The notes beneath the pieces were generated by a model. The model was given only the letters and a program-made list of their open reading frames with translations. It had not been told where the DNA came from and made no database searches. From the NCBI GenBank assembly GCA_965112155.1, contig OZ218100.1: a stretch of DNA of 64,000 bases. One strand, written 5' to 3'. Made by a program: the position numbers and the translations under genes. The first letter of the stretch is position 1. The number at the start of each line of letters is the position of its first letter. Below, piece by piece: positions 24,781-36,644 of the stretch. This DNA comes from Podarcis liolepis. Taxonomy: Eukaryota.

Positions 24781-25333
24781 TAGAAACACAAACTATTCAC
24801 ATCAAAGGCTACAAAAATTAAACAAAAACAACACTTGCCACATCGTCTAGAGGTGAAACACAGATTTTTAAACTGAGATATCCAGACTACAGAAGTCATG
24901 TCCAAGAGCTTGCTGAAGCAAGAAACAGCATCTTGCTTCATATGCAAACAAGGTTGTGCAAATTTTCTTAATTCTTCTGGCATGTGTGGTTGCAGGGCAT
25001 TATCCCCTATGCATCCCCACCACTATTCCACTTTTTAACAACAGGGAACTGAGGCCAGCACACACCACTTGGGCCCATAGCCTCATGGTATGTCCATGGC
25101 AGAAGGGGACTTGAACCTAGACCGCCCAAGTCTTTTACTGATGAACCAGGTTTACTCAAATGTCAAGTCCTATCTGCATAGGATTGAGCATCTTCCATAT
25201 TTCACAAATGCTAATGGTAGTACAAGATCAAATAATTAAACAAGAACTTGACAAAATCAAAGAAGCCTTTCAATGGATCAGGCCTTGAATAGCTAAGATT
25301 ACTGATAATTGAAAAATTATTTTATTATCTAAT

Positions 25334-25470
25334 CAGGGGTAGCTAACCTGTGGCCTTCCAGATGCTGTTGGATTCCAACTCCCATCATCTCTGCCCACTA
25401 CCCATGCTAGATGGGGATGATGGAAGTTGTAGTCCAACAACTTCTGGAGGGACAGTAGTTGGCTACCCAG
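25334..25470. mobile_element. Short (~130 bp) hAT MITE. Related copies at ~2720, ~21400, ~27390, 33038-33166, ~35257, ~47650, ~50186, ~55246 and ~59919
   Basis: CAGGGGTAGCTAAC...GTTGGCTACCC with an internal palindrome 'ccagatg.tgttgga...tccaacaa..tctgg'. The 33038 copy has TSD ctctagac/ctccagac. Confidence 0.75.
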
Positions 25471-25539
25471 ACCTAAATGTTTAGCCATAGGCTTTAACTA
25501 TAGAATGGTCTGCATATTGTGGTGCTGGTTGTTTTTTAC

Positions 25540-25639
25540 CTGATAGGAGCTCCTTTGGCTTGTGCTGGTCTCAGGAGCACAGTGATGGCTGTTTCATTGA
25601 AAGATGCATCAATACCTTCATAGTCTGGTAATGTGGGAG
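25540..25639 (-). CDS. PTPRK: PTPRK coding exon (~exon 11): APTLPDYEGIDASFNETAITVLLRPAQAKGAPIS
   Basis: Not in the ORF track; translated by hand. Acceptor ttctgattAG|CT, donor ATCAG|GTaaaa. 100 nt, phase 1-2, joins exons 10 and 12 in frame. Confidence 0.95.
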
Positions 25640-26193
25640 CTAATCAGAAGAAAAATAAAATCAGCCAAAACACATAGCTTTTCTACCAGTTTTAACAATG
25701 TACAAACAACCACATTTCTCAATTGTGATCAGATGGTTGGTTGTTTTAGTGTTTTATGGTTTATATAAATTACTTTGATTCGCTTTTGTGAAGAAAGTGA
25801 ATGATGATGATGATGAATATTGTATTTCTGGAATGCATTGCACATTGCTTTTACTTGTCCTGAGAGATGCATAATGACTAGAAGAGTGGTATATAAATAT
25901 TTGCGTACATTAATGAATGGAAATAATCTCAGTGAAAAAACTTGTGGGTAGACTTATGATCTGAAGAAATCATGACCATTTTTATTCAGTGTTTCAACAA
26001 ATGTTGCATAAGAAATACTCCTCAAGTAACAGCAGGAACATATTGTGGAACTGTGTATATATTATGTATAAACTGTTCTACCATGATCAATTCCCGCCCC
26101 CACTTAATTGATTGAAATTATGAAATGACATGACAGTGATATGGCAGCTCAGGATGAAAGACATTAGAATTAACAGTTGTACATGGTAAAATA

Positions 26194-26541
26194 CCGTATA
26201 TACTTGAGTATAAGCCAACCCGAATATAAGCTGAGGCATCTAATTTTACCACAAAAAAACTGGCAAAACTCATTTACTCGAGTATAAGCCAGTTTACCAC
26301 ACCACAAACCTCTCTCCCCAGCCCCTTCCGTCCCCCTGCCTACCTAGGGTGCTGCCAAGAGGTAGAGGCTGGTGGCAGCAGCGGCGGAGAAAGAACAAGC
26401 AGCCTGAAAGGGTTGCTTTCAGGCTGCTCATTCCCCCTCCACCACCAACGACAAGGACCCTCACTCAAGTATAAGCCGAAGGGAGCTTTTTCAGCATTAA
26501 AAATGTGCTGAAAAAGTTGGCTTATACTCGAGTATATACGG
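26194..26541. mobile_element. Tc2/pogo-like MITE
   Basis: TA|CCGTATATACTTGAGTATAAGCC ... GGCTTATACTCGAGTATATACGG|TA. Internal copies of 'ctcgagtataagcc'. Confidence 0.88.
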
Positions 26542-27194
26542 TAATTATAATTTTTCAGGTCTTCTGAAAACTTGAATCTATCCTTCCTAAATTATTCATC
26601 TCTAGAAACCTGATGTTTAATCCCAGCCTTTTGAAACAGAATCACTTTTCTGTTGAGGCTGCCAGGTGATAAAGAACCACTATTCAAATGAAAGGATACC
26701 CTGCATTTCAACAGCAAGCAGCTTCTGACTCTCTTCTAACCCTTATACAGCTTTCTGTAGAGACAGGCTATCTCCTCTCTGTACTGCCATTATGAACTGA
26801 TTTCGGGCATGTATTCGACAGGGGAAAAAAAATAAGATTTGCAGTTGCCATACACATGGGAGCCTAGTCAATACTTGTTCCTTCTGAATACAGAAGTCAT
26901 TCATGGTCCCATGTCTCATTTCTTGCTGTGATAACCAACATCCTGCTATGTCCCATCAGCATAAAGATTTCTGCTTGCACAACAGGACTTTCTCCTTCAC
27001 TCCGTATGTCCTACAGTGTTCCCAAATTTGCTCAAGAACGTTTTATAAACCCCTAGAAAGCACAAGGATTTCCATCCTTGCACTGATGGAACAAGAGATT
27101 TAGCGCTACTTTGGATTCTAGCCCAATTATTTCAAAATGTATCAGTTCAGGGCTAAACTAACATGGTGTCTCCATAGCCTTCTCAGATTACACA

Positions 27195-27390
27195 GGGAAA
27201 CAGAAAGCTGTCCAATAGTAAGTCAGACCAGTGGTCCACCTAGCCCAGTATTGTCTACAATGATTGGCACCAATTCTCCAGGACTTCATAAAGTGGTGTC
27301 ACCCAGCCCTACCTGGAGGGTCCAGGGATTGAACGTGGGACCTCTTGCATGTGAAGAAGATGCTCTACCACTGAGCTATGGTACTTTCCC
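27195..27390 (-). mobile_element. tRNA-derived SINE (same family as 10790)
   Basis: 'cccagccctacctggag...gggattgaac...ctctaccactgagctatgg'. Confidence 0.7.
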
Positions 27391-28111
27391 ATCTACAACT
27401 ACAATTCCTGCAATCCCTCAACACTGGCCATGATGGCTGGGGCTGATGGAATGTGAAGTCCAACATCATCTGTTGCACTATGTTCTCCACCCCTGCATTA
27501 AATCCATGGCACAATGTAGGAGAATGAAAAAGCAGGAACATTTTATGAAAATCTCCCAACATAGCTGGATCTAGTAAACGTCCCATGCTCTTTAAGTGAA
27601 TAATGTATAGCAACCTGGCCCAAAATCAAAATGCTGTATCGGCGTGGCAAAATGTATGTGTCCCTTAACGGCCATGTTGATGATACAGAGAAACAGCAGC
27701 TGATGTAACACATTGCATTCATTTCCCAGGACTCCAGCACTCACTTCCAGTAGCTCTACAAAGCTCAGTTTCCAAACAAGCCCAGAACCTTCTGCTAGGC
27801 TATTGAAGAACTGTGGGTGCTTTAGCCTCCTATTTGATATTACTCATATGCAAACACTACTTACCTATTTTGTGTCGTGCATAAAAGATAGCAAACACAG
27901 TAAAGTTTAATATAAAACGAAGGACAACCTTAAATCAGAGGTGCATTATTTTCATTTATGCATCTCGATTTGGATTTTAGCACCCTACACCAATTTCCAT
28001 TATTCAGTAAAATAACTGAAATTAAACACACAGCTCATGCTATATAAATAGTACCGTGAACTATTGGTACTCTATTGTACTCTATTGTACCGTGAACTAT
28101 TGGTACTCTAT

Positions 28112-28225
28112 GCTCTATTGGTAGAGCATGAGACTCTTAATCTCAGCATTGTGGGTTCAAGCCCCACATTGGGCAAAAACATTCCTGCATATCCTTCCTG
28201 TTCGACACCTCTATGATTCTGTGTG
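28112..28225 (+). mobile_element. tRNA-Lys(CTT)-derived SINE with a CR1-type tail, internally deleted
   Basis: 'ggtagagcatgagactcttaatctcag...gtgggttcaagccccacattgggc' matches the tRNA-Lys-CTT body; ends 'ctctatgattctgtg'. Confidence 0.75.
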
Positions 28226-28592
28226 TATGTATAACTGCACAAGAGGGTTCGGTATTCTTCTACAAGGATGCAAAATAATCCAAATTACTCCATGTGGGTT
28301 TCAGACTGTGTATATAATCTCCTTTCTAAGTGTTTGCCCACCTGAGCAGAACACTGTGCAAAACACTCTGTTATCTGTTACCATTCACTTTTTAATCCTT
28401 TTCAGGCATTCATTGTGCAGGGGTCACATTTATTAAATTTGAGAAAGTGTTGTGGGCACCAGGGACAACATGGCCTGGGGGTGTGGCATAGCACAAAATT
28501 TTCTGGGGGCGGGGACCAAACTGAACAAAATGCTTGCCACAGGAAGTCAGCTATGTCCTGCTGGTACCAATTGTGGAGATCGCACAATATTA

Positions 28593-28596
<4 letters not shown>

Positions 28597-28623
<27 letters not shown>
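28597..28623. repeat. (AC)n microsatellite
   Basis: Direct observation. Confidence 0.95.
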
Positions 28624-28626
<3 letters not shown>

Positions 28627-29498
28627 TACACTCACATGCTGTTGCTGTCTAAAAGCAACAGGGAGAATTTGTCTCAGCACCAGGCAAAAGCTGTATCAGG
28701 TGGCCATACCACGTTCACTTTTAAAGAGTGCAGACATGCATATGGAACACAGACACATAGACATCTTTCTGTGTTTCTCTTATACATGCATGCTTCACCT
28801 TTCCCTCTCTCCCACCTCTGCTAGAATTTTTCAGGTGAGTGCAAAGTAAATGCTGAAAGGGTAGACCGAACGAGAGGGGTGAGGAGGGAGCATGGGAGAG
28901 ACAAGTAATTTTTACATCATACCTCAAGTTCTAAAAACGATAGAAATTTTATTTGTTAAAAAATGAAAGCTTTGAATTTGAGGATTCTGGTTTATCCCGG
29001 GGCACCAAAGGCAGCCTTCACAGGCACTGCAGGCACTGTGTTAGCTACCCCCATATTATGGAGACTAAATTAACACACAAGGAGGGGAGACTGCATGAGT
29101 GTAGTAGGTCTCTCTCTCTCTACACTGCCCTCCATCTCAATCATAGTCCACATGTTCAGGGGCAATTGTCTTCAGCAAGCAAGCCTCCAGTAGTCGTGGA
29201 GGCTCCCATGCCTGGAGTATCAGGGTTGCAAACATGCAGTTACCTCCATGAACAAAGGAGGCTTCCCCACAGCAGATAATCACCCTTGAACATGCACAGA
29301 GCAAGGGGAATGGGATGCAGCTTGCACACTCATTCACAATATCCCCTTCTTGCACGTTTAATTAAACCCAATGATCTTTTCTTGACTGCAGCCAGCATGT
29401 TTTGTTAGAATTCCGTGAAGGGAAGGGGGAACAATTTATGTAAAAACAAATATGTAAGAATATGAAAAATATTTTTGTGTGCGTGTGCTTGCCATTAC

Positions 29499-29700
29499 CT
29501 GAAATATTGGTGGTTACATTGATTGCCGCAGCTGGCCCAAATCCTTTCACCGTGCTGGCCCTTATATAAAACTGGTAGGTAGTCCCGGGATGTAGATGGG
29601 AAAAGACATGATGTGTACTGTTCCATAGCTTTGACACAGTTTGAGCTGGCCCAGCCACTGGAACTGCGGGATCAAATGATCTTATGCTGCTGTAACTGAC
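29499..29700 (-). CDS. PTPRK: PTPRK coding exon (~exon 10): [67 protein letters not shown]
   Basis: Matches PTPRK FN3-3. Acceptor gtttccacAG|GTC, donor TCAG|GTaatg. 202 nt, phase 0-1. Confidence 0.97.
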
Positions 29701-31639
29701 CTGTGGAAACAATTTCAGAGTCTTAGCAGGATCCCTGGCAGGATTAAGGAATTTCTGAGAATCAGTGAAACGTTTAGATTAAGCTTCTGGATTTCAGCGA
29801 AAGAACCTTGCTTTCAAATCCAAACTTAGCATATAGTGGCAATGGACACACAACAATCTCTCCACCTTGGCTCTCTGTAAGCTCAGTAAATCAATCTATA
29901 ACATCAGAAAAAATGTTTTGCCTTGTATAATTTTTACGAGATGAACAAAATGGTTCTACAGTTCACTGTTTTAAGGCTTTACAATAGGGAACCTACAGGC
30001 CTCTAATTCTGGCTCCCAGGACTTTCCCCAGACCATGTTCCCTCAGCAGCCCTGCTCTGCATCATCCTCAAGTACTTTTGCCTGATCGGAAATTGTCCTT
30101 TAACTGTAAACATGCCTCTTACTTGCCTGGATGGGTAGGTGCATGAATAGAAACATGCATGGCTGGTATATAGTCCACTATACACAGGAAGAGTTGCATC
30201 AATTTCCTCAACCACTTTTGCCTCTGGCACATCAGACATGTAGGCCCCCAAAGGTTCATCACCAGGGGATGTGGCCCTCCTGCAGAAAACGGTCCCTTGG
30301 ACCTACTATATACAACGTTGGACCAATCATGCTGACTGCAACTTGGCAAGTGGCAAAATTTAGATGTATATTGAGTCCTGTCCCCTGACCCCAGGCTACC
30401 AAACATGGCTGTTGAGCCACAAGTTGTGTGGGCTTTTTCTAATTTCTCTACAAAATCAGATATCTACTTCAAATCTTGTCATCCAGGTGAAGGCAGGAAG
30501 CCCTCTTATTTGCTTTGTTATCGTAAAGTGGCAGACAGCTGCTTATTTCCTTCATTCCCCTCTTTCTGTTAAAAAGTACTACTTAAACATAGTGAAGCAA
30601 TACTACGTATGTATTCAAGCCCACCAACGATATACTGAGCTTTTTCATTAGTATAGTGGTGAAATTCAAGAATGTAAAGTGCTAATGAGTTTAAGCAGAA
30701 ATATGCTAGGTCATGTAAAATATGATGGCATTTAACTGCCTCCTGTAAGTATTTAATTTGTTTTTTAAGCAGAAAAGTAATATTGTCAAGGCTGCCCAGT
30801 TCAGAGTATGATAGATACACAGGAAATTTGGTGCAAAATTATTGTTTTCCCTTCCTTCCCCAAGGGCTCATTCATCAAACCACTGTTGCTGCTTTTTGAA
30901 TCACCAGAATTTGCATTCAGAGTTTCTTGAAGGGGAAAAACACGTTACCTTGAAGACTAGAATTGTCAGGTTTCTATTAATAAATTTTCACATATATTAC
31001 CTGTAGCCTTCACTGGACAGGGCTCCATTAAATCATGATTCAGGAAAGCTATATATTAATGCTACTAGATCTAAATCAAAGTTACAAATTTAAGCTCTAG
31101 GTTTCATCATTTATTATATCATTATATAATTTTAGAAGGAGTTCTTAATATTTTTTAATCACAATAGTTCAACCATTCTGTAATTTAATTTAAGGATTAT
31201 TATGACATACTGATTTCAGGCTCAGGTCAGTCATTGTGTGGACAGCACCATGAATAGATTCATATTATTATATACTTTACTGTTCTGCACAGAAAAAGAG
31301 TTCACTTTAAAAAAAAATTAAGTTTATCATTAAATTCCCATGCACCAAAAAGAGACTCAAAAGAAGGGACAAACTTATAACATATCTCATTCCTACAAAG
31401 TAATGGAAGAAATAGTTCTTTCAGATTCCTCAGAGCCAGTTTTGAATATGGATCAGGGTGATTTTGACTGGAGACATTTTCCAGGCCAACTACATTGGCA
31501 CACTCTAAGTTGAAGACCAGCATGCCAGTGAAGAATGAAGCATAGCTTAAAGTTTTAGGGAAAATGTACATATCATCCCCAAGATTCTCGTGCATAATCC
31601 AAACACAGGACACTGCAGCCATTTTTTTTTTTTAAATAC

Positions 31640-31749
31640 CTCATACTGTGTGATGATCCCATTTGAATCCATAGGTTCTTTCCAGTTTAGGAAGATCTTG
31701 TCTTCAAAGGGAGTTCCTTTCAGTGATTTTGCTGGTACAGGACCAGGCA
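31640..31749 (-). CDS. PTPRK: PTPRK coding exon (~exon 9), start of FN3 repeat 3: VPGPVPAKSLKGTPFEDKIFLNWKEPMDSNGIITQYE
   Basis: Matches PTPRK VPGPVP...NGIITQYE. Acceptor ttttacAG|TG, donor GAG|GTattt. 110 nt, phase 1-0, in frame with neighbours. Confidence 0.96.
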
Positions 31750-34700
31750 CTGTAAAACAAACAAAAAACATCCAGGTTTAAAGGTGTTAGTGAAACAATC
31801 ATCCCAAAAGTCAGATAACCCCCTCAAATGAATAAGTATTGGGCTTAGAATCAAGCCACATTAAATGGCAGCTTGGTTTTGAGAATGTATGGATTGTTGT
31901 TTAAATAGCAGCCTGGACCATGAATAAATTGGTTCAAAATGAGTCAGCTTTGCAATTCCACAGGTGAATTATGAGCCACATTACAGCCTGTTGGAGCTAT
32001 CAGCAGATCATTTGGCAAAGGTGTGTATCTAAAAAGAAAGTGTGGGACAATGCGAAGGGGAGGGGGAAATTAAGAAAGCTCCAACAAGTTACTTCTATTT
32101 AAACTTGTATTAGCCTACCTTTTAAATTATTCCCCCTTGAGCCTCACACTCTTAAACCTTAAAATGCAATGAGTTCCATATATGACCTTTCTGAAAGATT
32201 TGTTCCCAAAACATGTTGCAAATTTGTAATGGGCAGAAACAAAGCCATTGAATCAAAGGAACTATAAGTAGTAGGCAATATCAAGAGGTCCATCACAAGT
32301 GTCAGAATTATTTCAGATTCTATGAAACTAACAATAATATGCTGCCCCTGGGACAAACAAATTAATTTGGTGAATTAAAAATAAATTCATGTAGCAAAAA
32401 GTCTATAGGTGCACAGATGAGATTCAAGTACTCAGCTTCCATGAGTTATATTCACCCATCAGTCAACTGAAGACTACTATTCTTTGCTTCACAATACTGA
32501 CAAAGATTCAAGCAGAAATGATGGCTGATGTCCCTTGACAGTCCCCCTGTGCTGTTTTGTGGCATTTGCTGATGTGCTGTAGGCATCTTTCTGTTTTCTA
32601 TGGCAGTGCTCTGTGTTTCTCTTGTCTACAGTTCAAATGGAGCATATATTGCACAGGGCCTAGCCCAGGTGATAGACATCCTTTGGCAGTTGAATGTGCA
32701 CATGACAGACTGCACTGAAATGTGTCTAGCAAATGAACATGATTATAGTATGCACAATGCTTGAGTGTTCATTGCAAACAGAGTTATTTAAGGCTGCAAG
32801 CTTATGGCCAACTAAAGTGCTTTGCAACTGAATACAAGACTGCTGGACTGAAAACCATCACCCCACAGAGAGCCTAGAATCCAGCAGCTAAATAACTGGT
32901 TGGTTAGCTCAGATAAAGATATGTGATTCAGCTCTGCTACAAATCACTTATTTTTTGTCCCCTAGAAGTCATAATACCAAAGTAACAGAAGAATCAATTT
33001 GTTGCAAAATTCCCCTCTTAATGGCTAGACTCTAGACCAGGGACGGGCAACTCTAGGTGCTGTTGGATTCCCAACTCAGATCAGTCTCAGACAGCATGGC
33101 GATGGACAGGGATGATGGGAGTGTTAGTTCAACCACATCTGCTAGCTAACTGGGTCCTCAACTCTGCTCCAGACTTAGCAGGCAGAGAGCTCTTTTCTAA
33201 TAGCACAAACACTTACCTACACTTGGGTGCACTTTTGCGCTATACTACTTTCTCCTTGTAACTGAAAATAATAAAACATAACAAGGGGGAGCCAGGTCTC
33301 CACTATCTGTAAGCAACGTGTTGTCTTTCAGCTCAAAACTCATTTTGTCCCATCTCTACTAGACACTGTATCTCTTGACCAGCCTCCCTATTATTTCTCC
33401 AATAGTTTTTCCCAAGCACAAGTGCTAAAGAGTTTTTATTTAGAGGCCCCTTTCTGATCAACTACTGTTCTGTCTCAACTCCCTGCCTCTTCTGCTGCAT
33501 ATCTGATATGAGAGAGAGAAAGAGAAAAGGAGAAAGACTTGGCTTCAGAAAATAAATAAAGGGCATACGATAGCTGGAAATATGGAATTGTTATACGAGC
33601 ACCTGAAGATCCCAGTATGTAAAATAATATAACTTCACATTTGTATTATACATTTTTTTTGTAGGTATATAAATCACAGATTTTTGAACATCTGGAGATG
33701 GCAATATTGGGTCTGCAAGAGATTTATGTCTTTCCTTGTATCCCCATATTTCTTTCTAAGGACCCCAAGGGAAAGAAACCAGCAGCCAGCTCACATTCCA
33801 CACTCCTGGATTCATATATTTTGTTGGCGGAAGTAGAGTTGACTGGAAACAGCGCATTAGTATAATTTGCATCTTTGTTTACCAGCAACAAAAAAATACA
33901 TAAATAAAATGTAACACTGTGCTACAATTTGTCAAAAACACAGATTAGGTTGCAGAAAAGAAATTGGGTATTATTCAGAGACACATTAGGGACACTTTGA
34001 TTCTGAACCCAGAACAGGTCATCAGATATCAGATAGATTCATACTTATACAATATTATAATTTCTGTTTGTTTGTTTTTTGTTAAAAATATGTTCACTGT
34101 CAAATGATTCATGCGGCTGCAGTCCACAAAGATTATCCTAATTTAATGTCACCTACCTCAGGCCATAGCTAAAATAAAATGTCAGCTAAAATAAGATGTG
34201 TTGCAGTGTGTGTGTAGGAATGGGAGGGACCCATTTTTTAGTACAGGGTTGGAGTCCCTCCCCCCACATCAAGTAGGAGAGGTGGGCTAGGCCAGGGCCA
34301 ACCACCACTTTCTCTCCCTCTCTGTCACTCTATTCTCTTTGTCCTGGGGAGGGACAGGTCACTCTTGCCAGAGAGCTGGACTGATCACATGCAGAGGGCT
34401 TTTGAAATTAGGCCAAGTGATGCATGTATCAGGGATAGAGCAAAACTTTCAGTCTCTTAAAGCTTTGGTTCGTGTACAACTGGAGGAACTTCAAGGCCAT
34501 TTATCCAATGATGCCATCTTGAATCAACTGTGCCAATTACCCAAATGCCAGTAATGGGAGAAGGGTTTTTTTAGTAGCACGTCCCAACTGTAGCCCACAC
34601 AGCTGAGATAAGGGGCAATATTTGCCACTCCGCCATGTGGGAGCGGGTTTCATTTGGGGCTATGAGTCACTTCATCTGCACAACTGACAGCAATTATGCG

Positions 34701-36341
34701 CTTTCTTCTAAACGAGTGAATGGTTGCCACACCCTTTATTTATACATTTTAGCAAATACTTACAAATTCTACATCCTCACATCATATACACCCCTCTCTC
34801 CAACCTTTCTTTGGTTAAATTCAGTTAATGATTTGTGTATCAACCATAGGTGAAGGTTCTAAACTACCAGGCAGACCTGGTTTAGAACAGCTTGTCTTTA
34901 TTCTTCCGTCTGCTCAGGAGTCCTATCTAGATGTGGTGGCTTCTGGAATCAGATCAATGCCTTATCGATTCAGACATTACATCAAAGTCCAGTTAGCAAA
35001 ATACATGAATTGATTCTGATGTGCCAGATGATCTGAAACCATGGTTTGTTGATTATACCACATCTTAGTTGAGGTTATTGGCGTGATGCTGGAACAACTG
35101 ACAATGATTCAGCTTTTCCCTTATAGCTACTTGTTCCAATCCAGTATCTCATGTGACTCTGAATCTATGGGTGCATCCCTTTGAGCATATAAAGCTGCCC
35201 TCTCTATTGAAGCGAACAGGGTATTTTGCTTGTACTTGATGAGGCACTGGTCACAACAGGGGTGGCTCCTGGTGCCCTTCGACTGATGCTGGACTACAGC
35301 TATCATCTCTGACCACTGGCCATGGGGCTGACAGGAGTTGGAGTCCAACAATATTCGGAGCATTGCAGGGTAGCAACCCTGGTGCAACATGTAAATCTGC
35401 TTAGGCACAAGGCTTTTAAGAGATACACATTTGCCAATATTCCTGCATTTTGAATATGCAGTTAGTCACAAACCTGACTACATGAACATTAAGCTACTTC
35501 TACATATTGTAATTTCCATCTAATTAGGAACTTCATTTAATGCTATTTTAATTTGTTGAAAATTTAGATTCATAAAAAGGATAATCACTAAAGAGCTTTG
35601 TAAACATATAAAGTGTCCCTTATTACCCCTCAAATAAGGTAAATAAAGTTATGCTGTTAGCAGAAGTAAATAAAGGATATTTTAAGGCAGTAATCTCAAT
35701 ATATGCAGATATAATTACTTAGTGAGTTGTAAGAACACAGCACTGTAGACATGAATTTGTAGAAATGACTCTGAATTTAGAGACAAACAAACACTGACAT
35801 ATATTTTTCCATTTTCCATTTCTCAACAACTTTGACATTTCTTAGGCCAGGTTCAGATGTAATGCTAGTACCAGCATTAATGGGTACCCCCACAGAGTCA
35901 CCTATGGACTTTCATCAGTCCTTCTTTCTCATGCATTAAAACCCCTCCCACAAGCCTTGCCTGTCACTATTACTAGCAATCGAATTTGGCAGGCACCAGG
36001 CTCATTTTGCACCTGTCTATCAGCCACTTGTGAATCTGCAGATCATTCCTTATCCTTTAAAGCTACTCATTGCACACTCAAATTGGAGTTTATCTCCTTT
36101 CTCCAATATTAAAGGTTGGTACAAGCAAAGCACATAAACAAAAATCCATGTAAGCTATTTACAGTGATATGTGCTGACATGACTATCATTTACGTCTGGG
36201 CATTTTGTTTTTTAATGGGCAGCTATTCACAGGCTAGCACAAACATGTAAACATAATTTTCAAGCAGGCAACACAGCTAAGAATTCTTTCAACACCTGCT
36301 TTGAGAGCTAAGGCATCAAGAAGAGAAGAATCTGAACCTAC

Positions 36342-36644
36342 CATCTTCATCTGTTTGGATTATTGTCTCTTCACTTTCCTTTCTCCCCTCAGGATTAGTC
36401 AGGATCATTTTGAGGCTGACATTAGTGTAAGGAGGCAGGTGGTTCACAACATGCTGAGGTGCTTTGGGGTCCATATCCAAGCAGTCTGCCTTGCTTTCAT
36501 TATGGCCACGGAAGTAATGGTAGCAGATCGTGACGTTGAAAGTGTGGCAGCGAGTAATGTTGTAACCTAGAGATTCCCAATCCACAGCAATGCGTCGGGC
36601 CTGGATCTCAGCGATCTTCAATGTTTTCGGTGTTCTCATAGGCT
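36342..36644 (-). CDS. PTPRK: PTPRK coding exon (~human exon 8), FN3 repeat 2: EPMRTPKTLKIAEIQARRIAVDWESLGYNITRCHTFNVTICYHYFRGHNESKADCLDMDPKAPQHVVNHLPPYTNVSLKMILTNPEGRKESEETIIQTDED
   Basis: Translation is essentially identical to the remembered PTPRK sequence. Acceptor tgtgttttAG|AGCCT, donor GATG|GTaggt. 303 nt, phase 1-1. Confidence 0.97.

Noticed and set aside
28112-28175. Functional tRNA-Lys(CTT) gene
   Set aside because: The 5' acceptor stem is missing, there are several mismatches, and it continues into a SINE/CR1-type tail.
34244-34633. Possible hAT element (CAGGGTTGG... ...TTTGCCACTCC)
   Set aside because: The termini are too degenerate and no TSD was found.
36301-36570. 89-aa plus-strand ORF
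   Set aside because: Antisense shadow of PTPRK exon 8.
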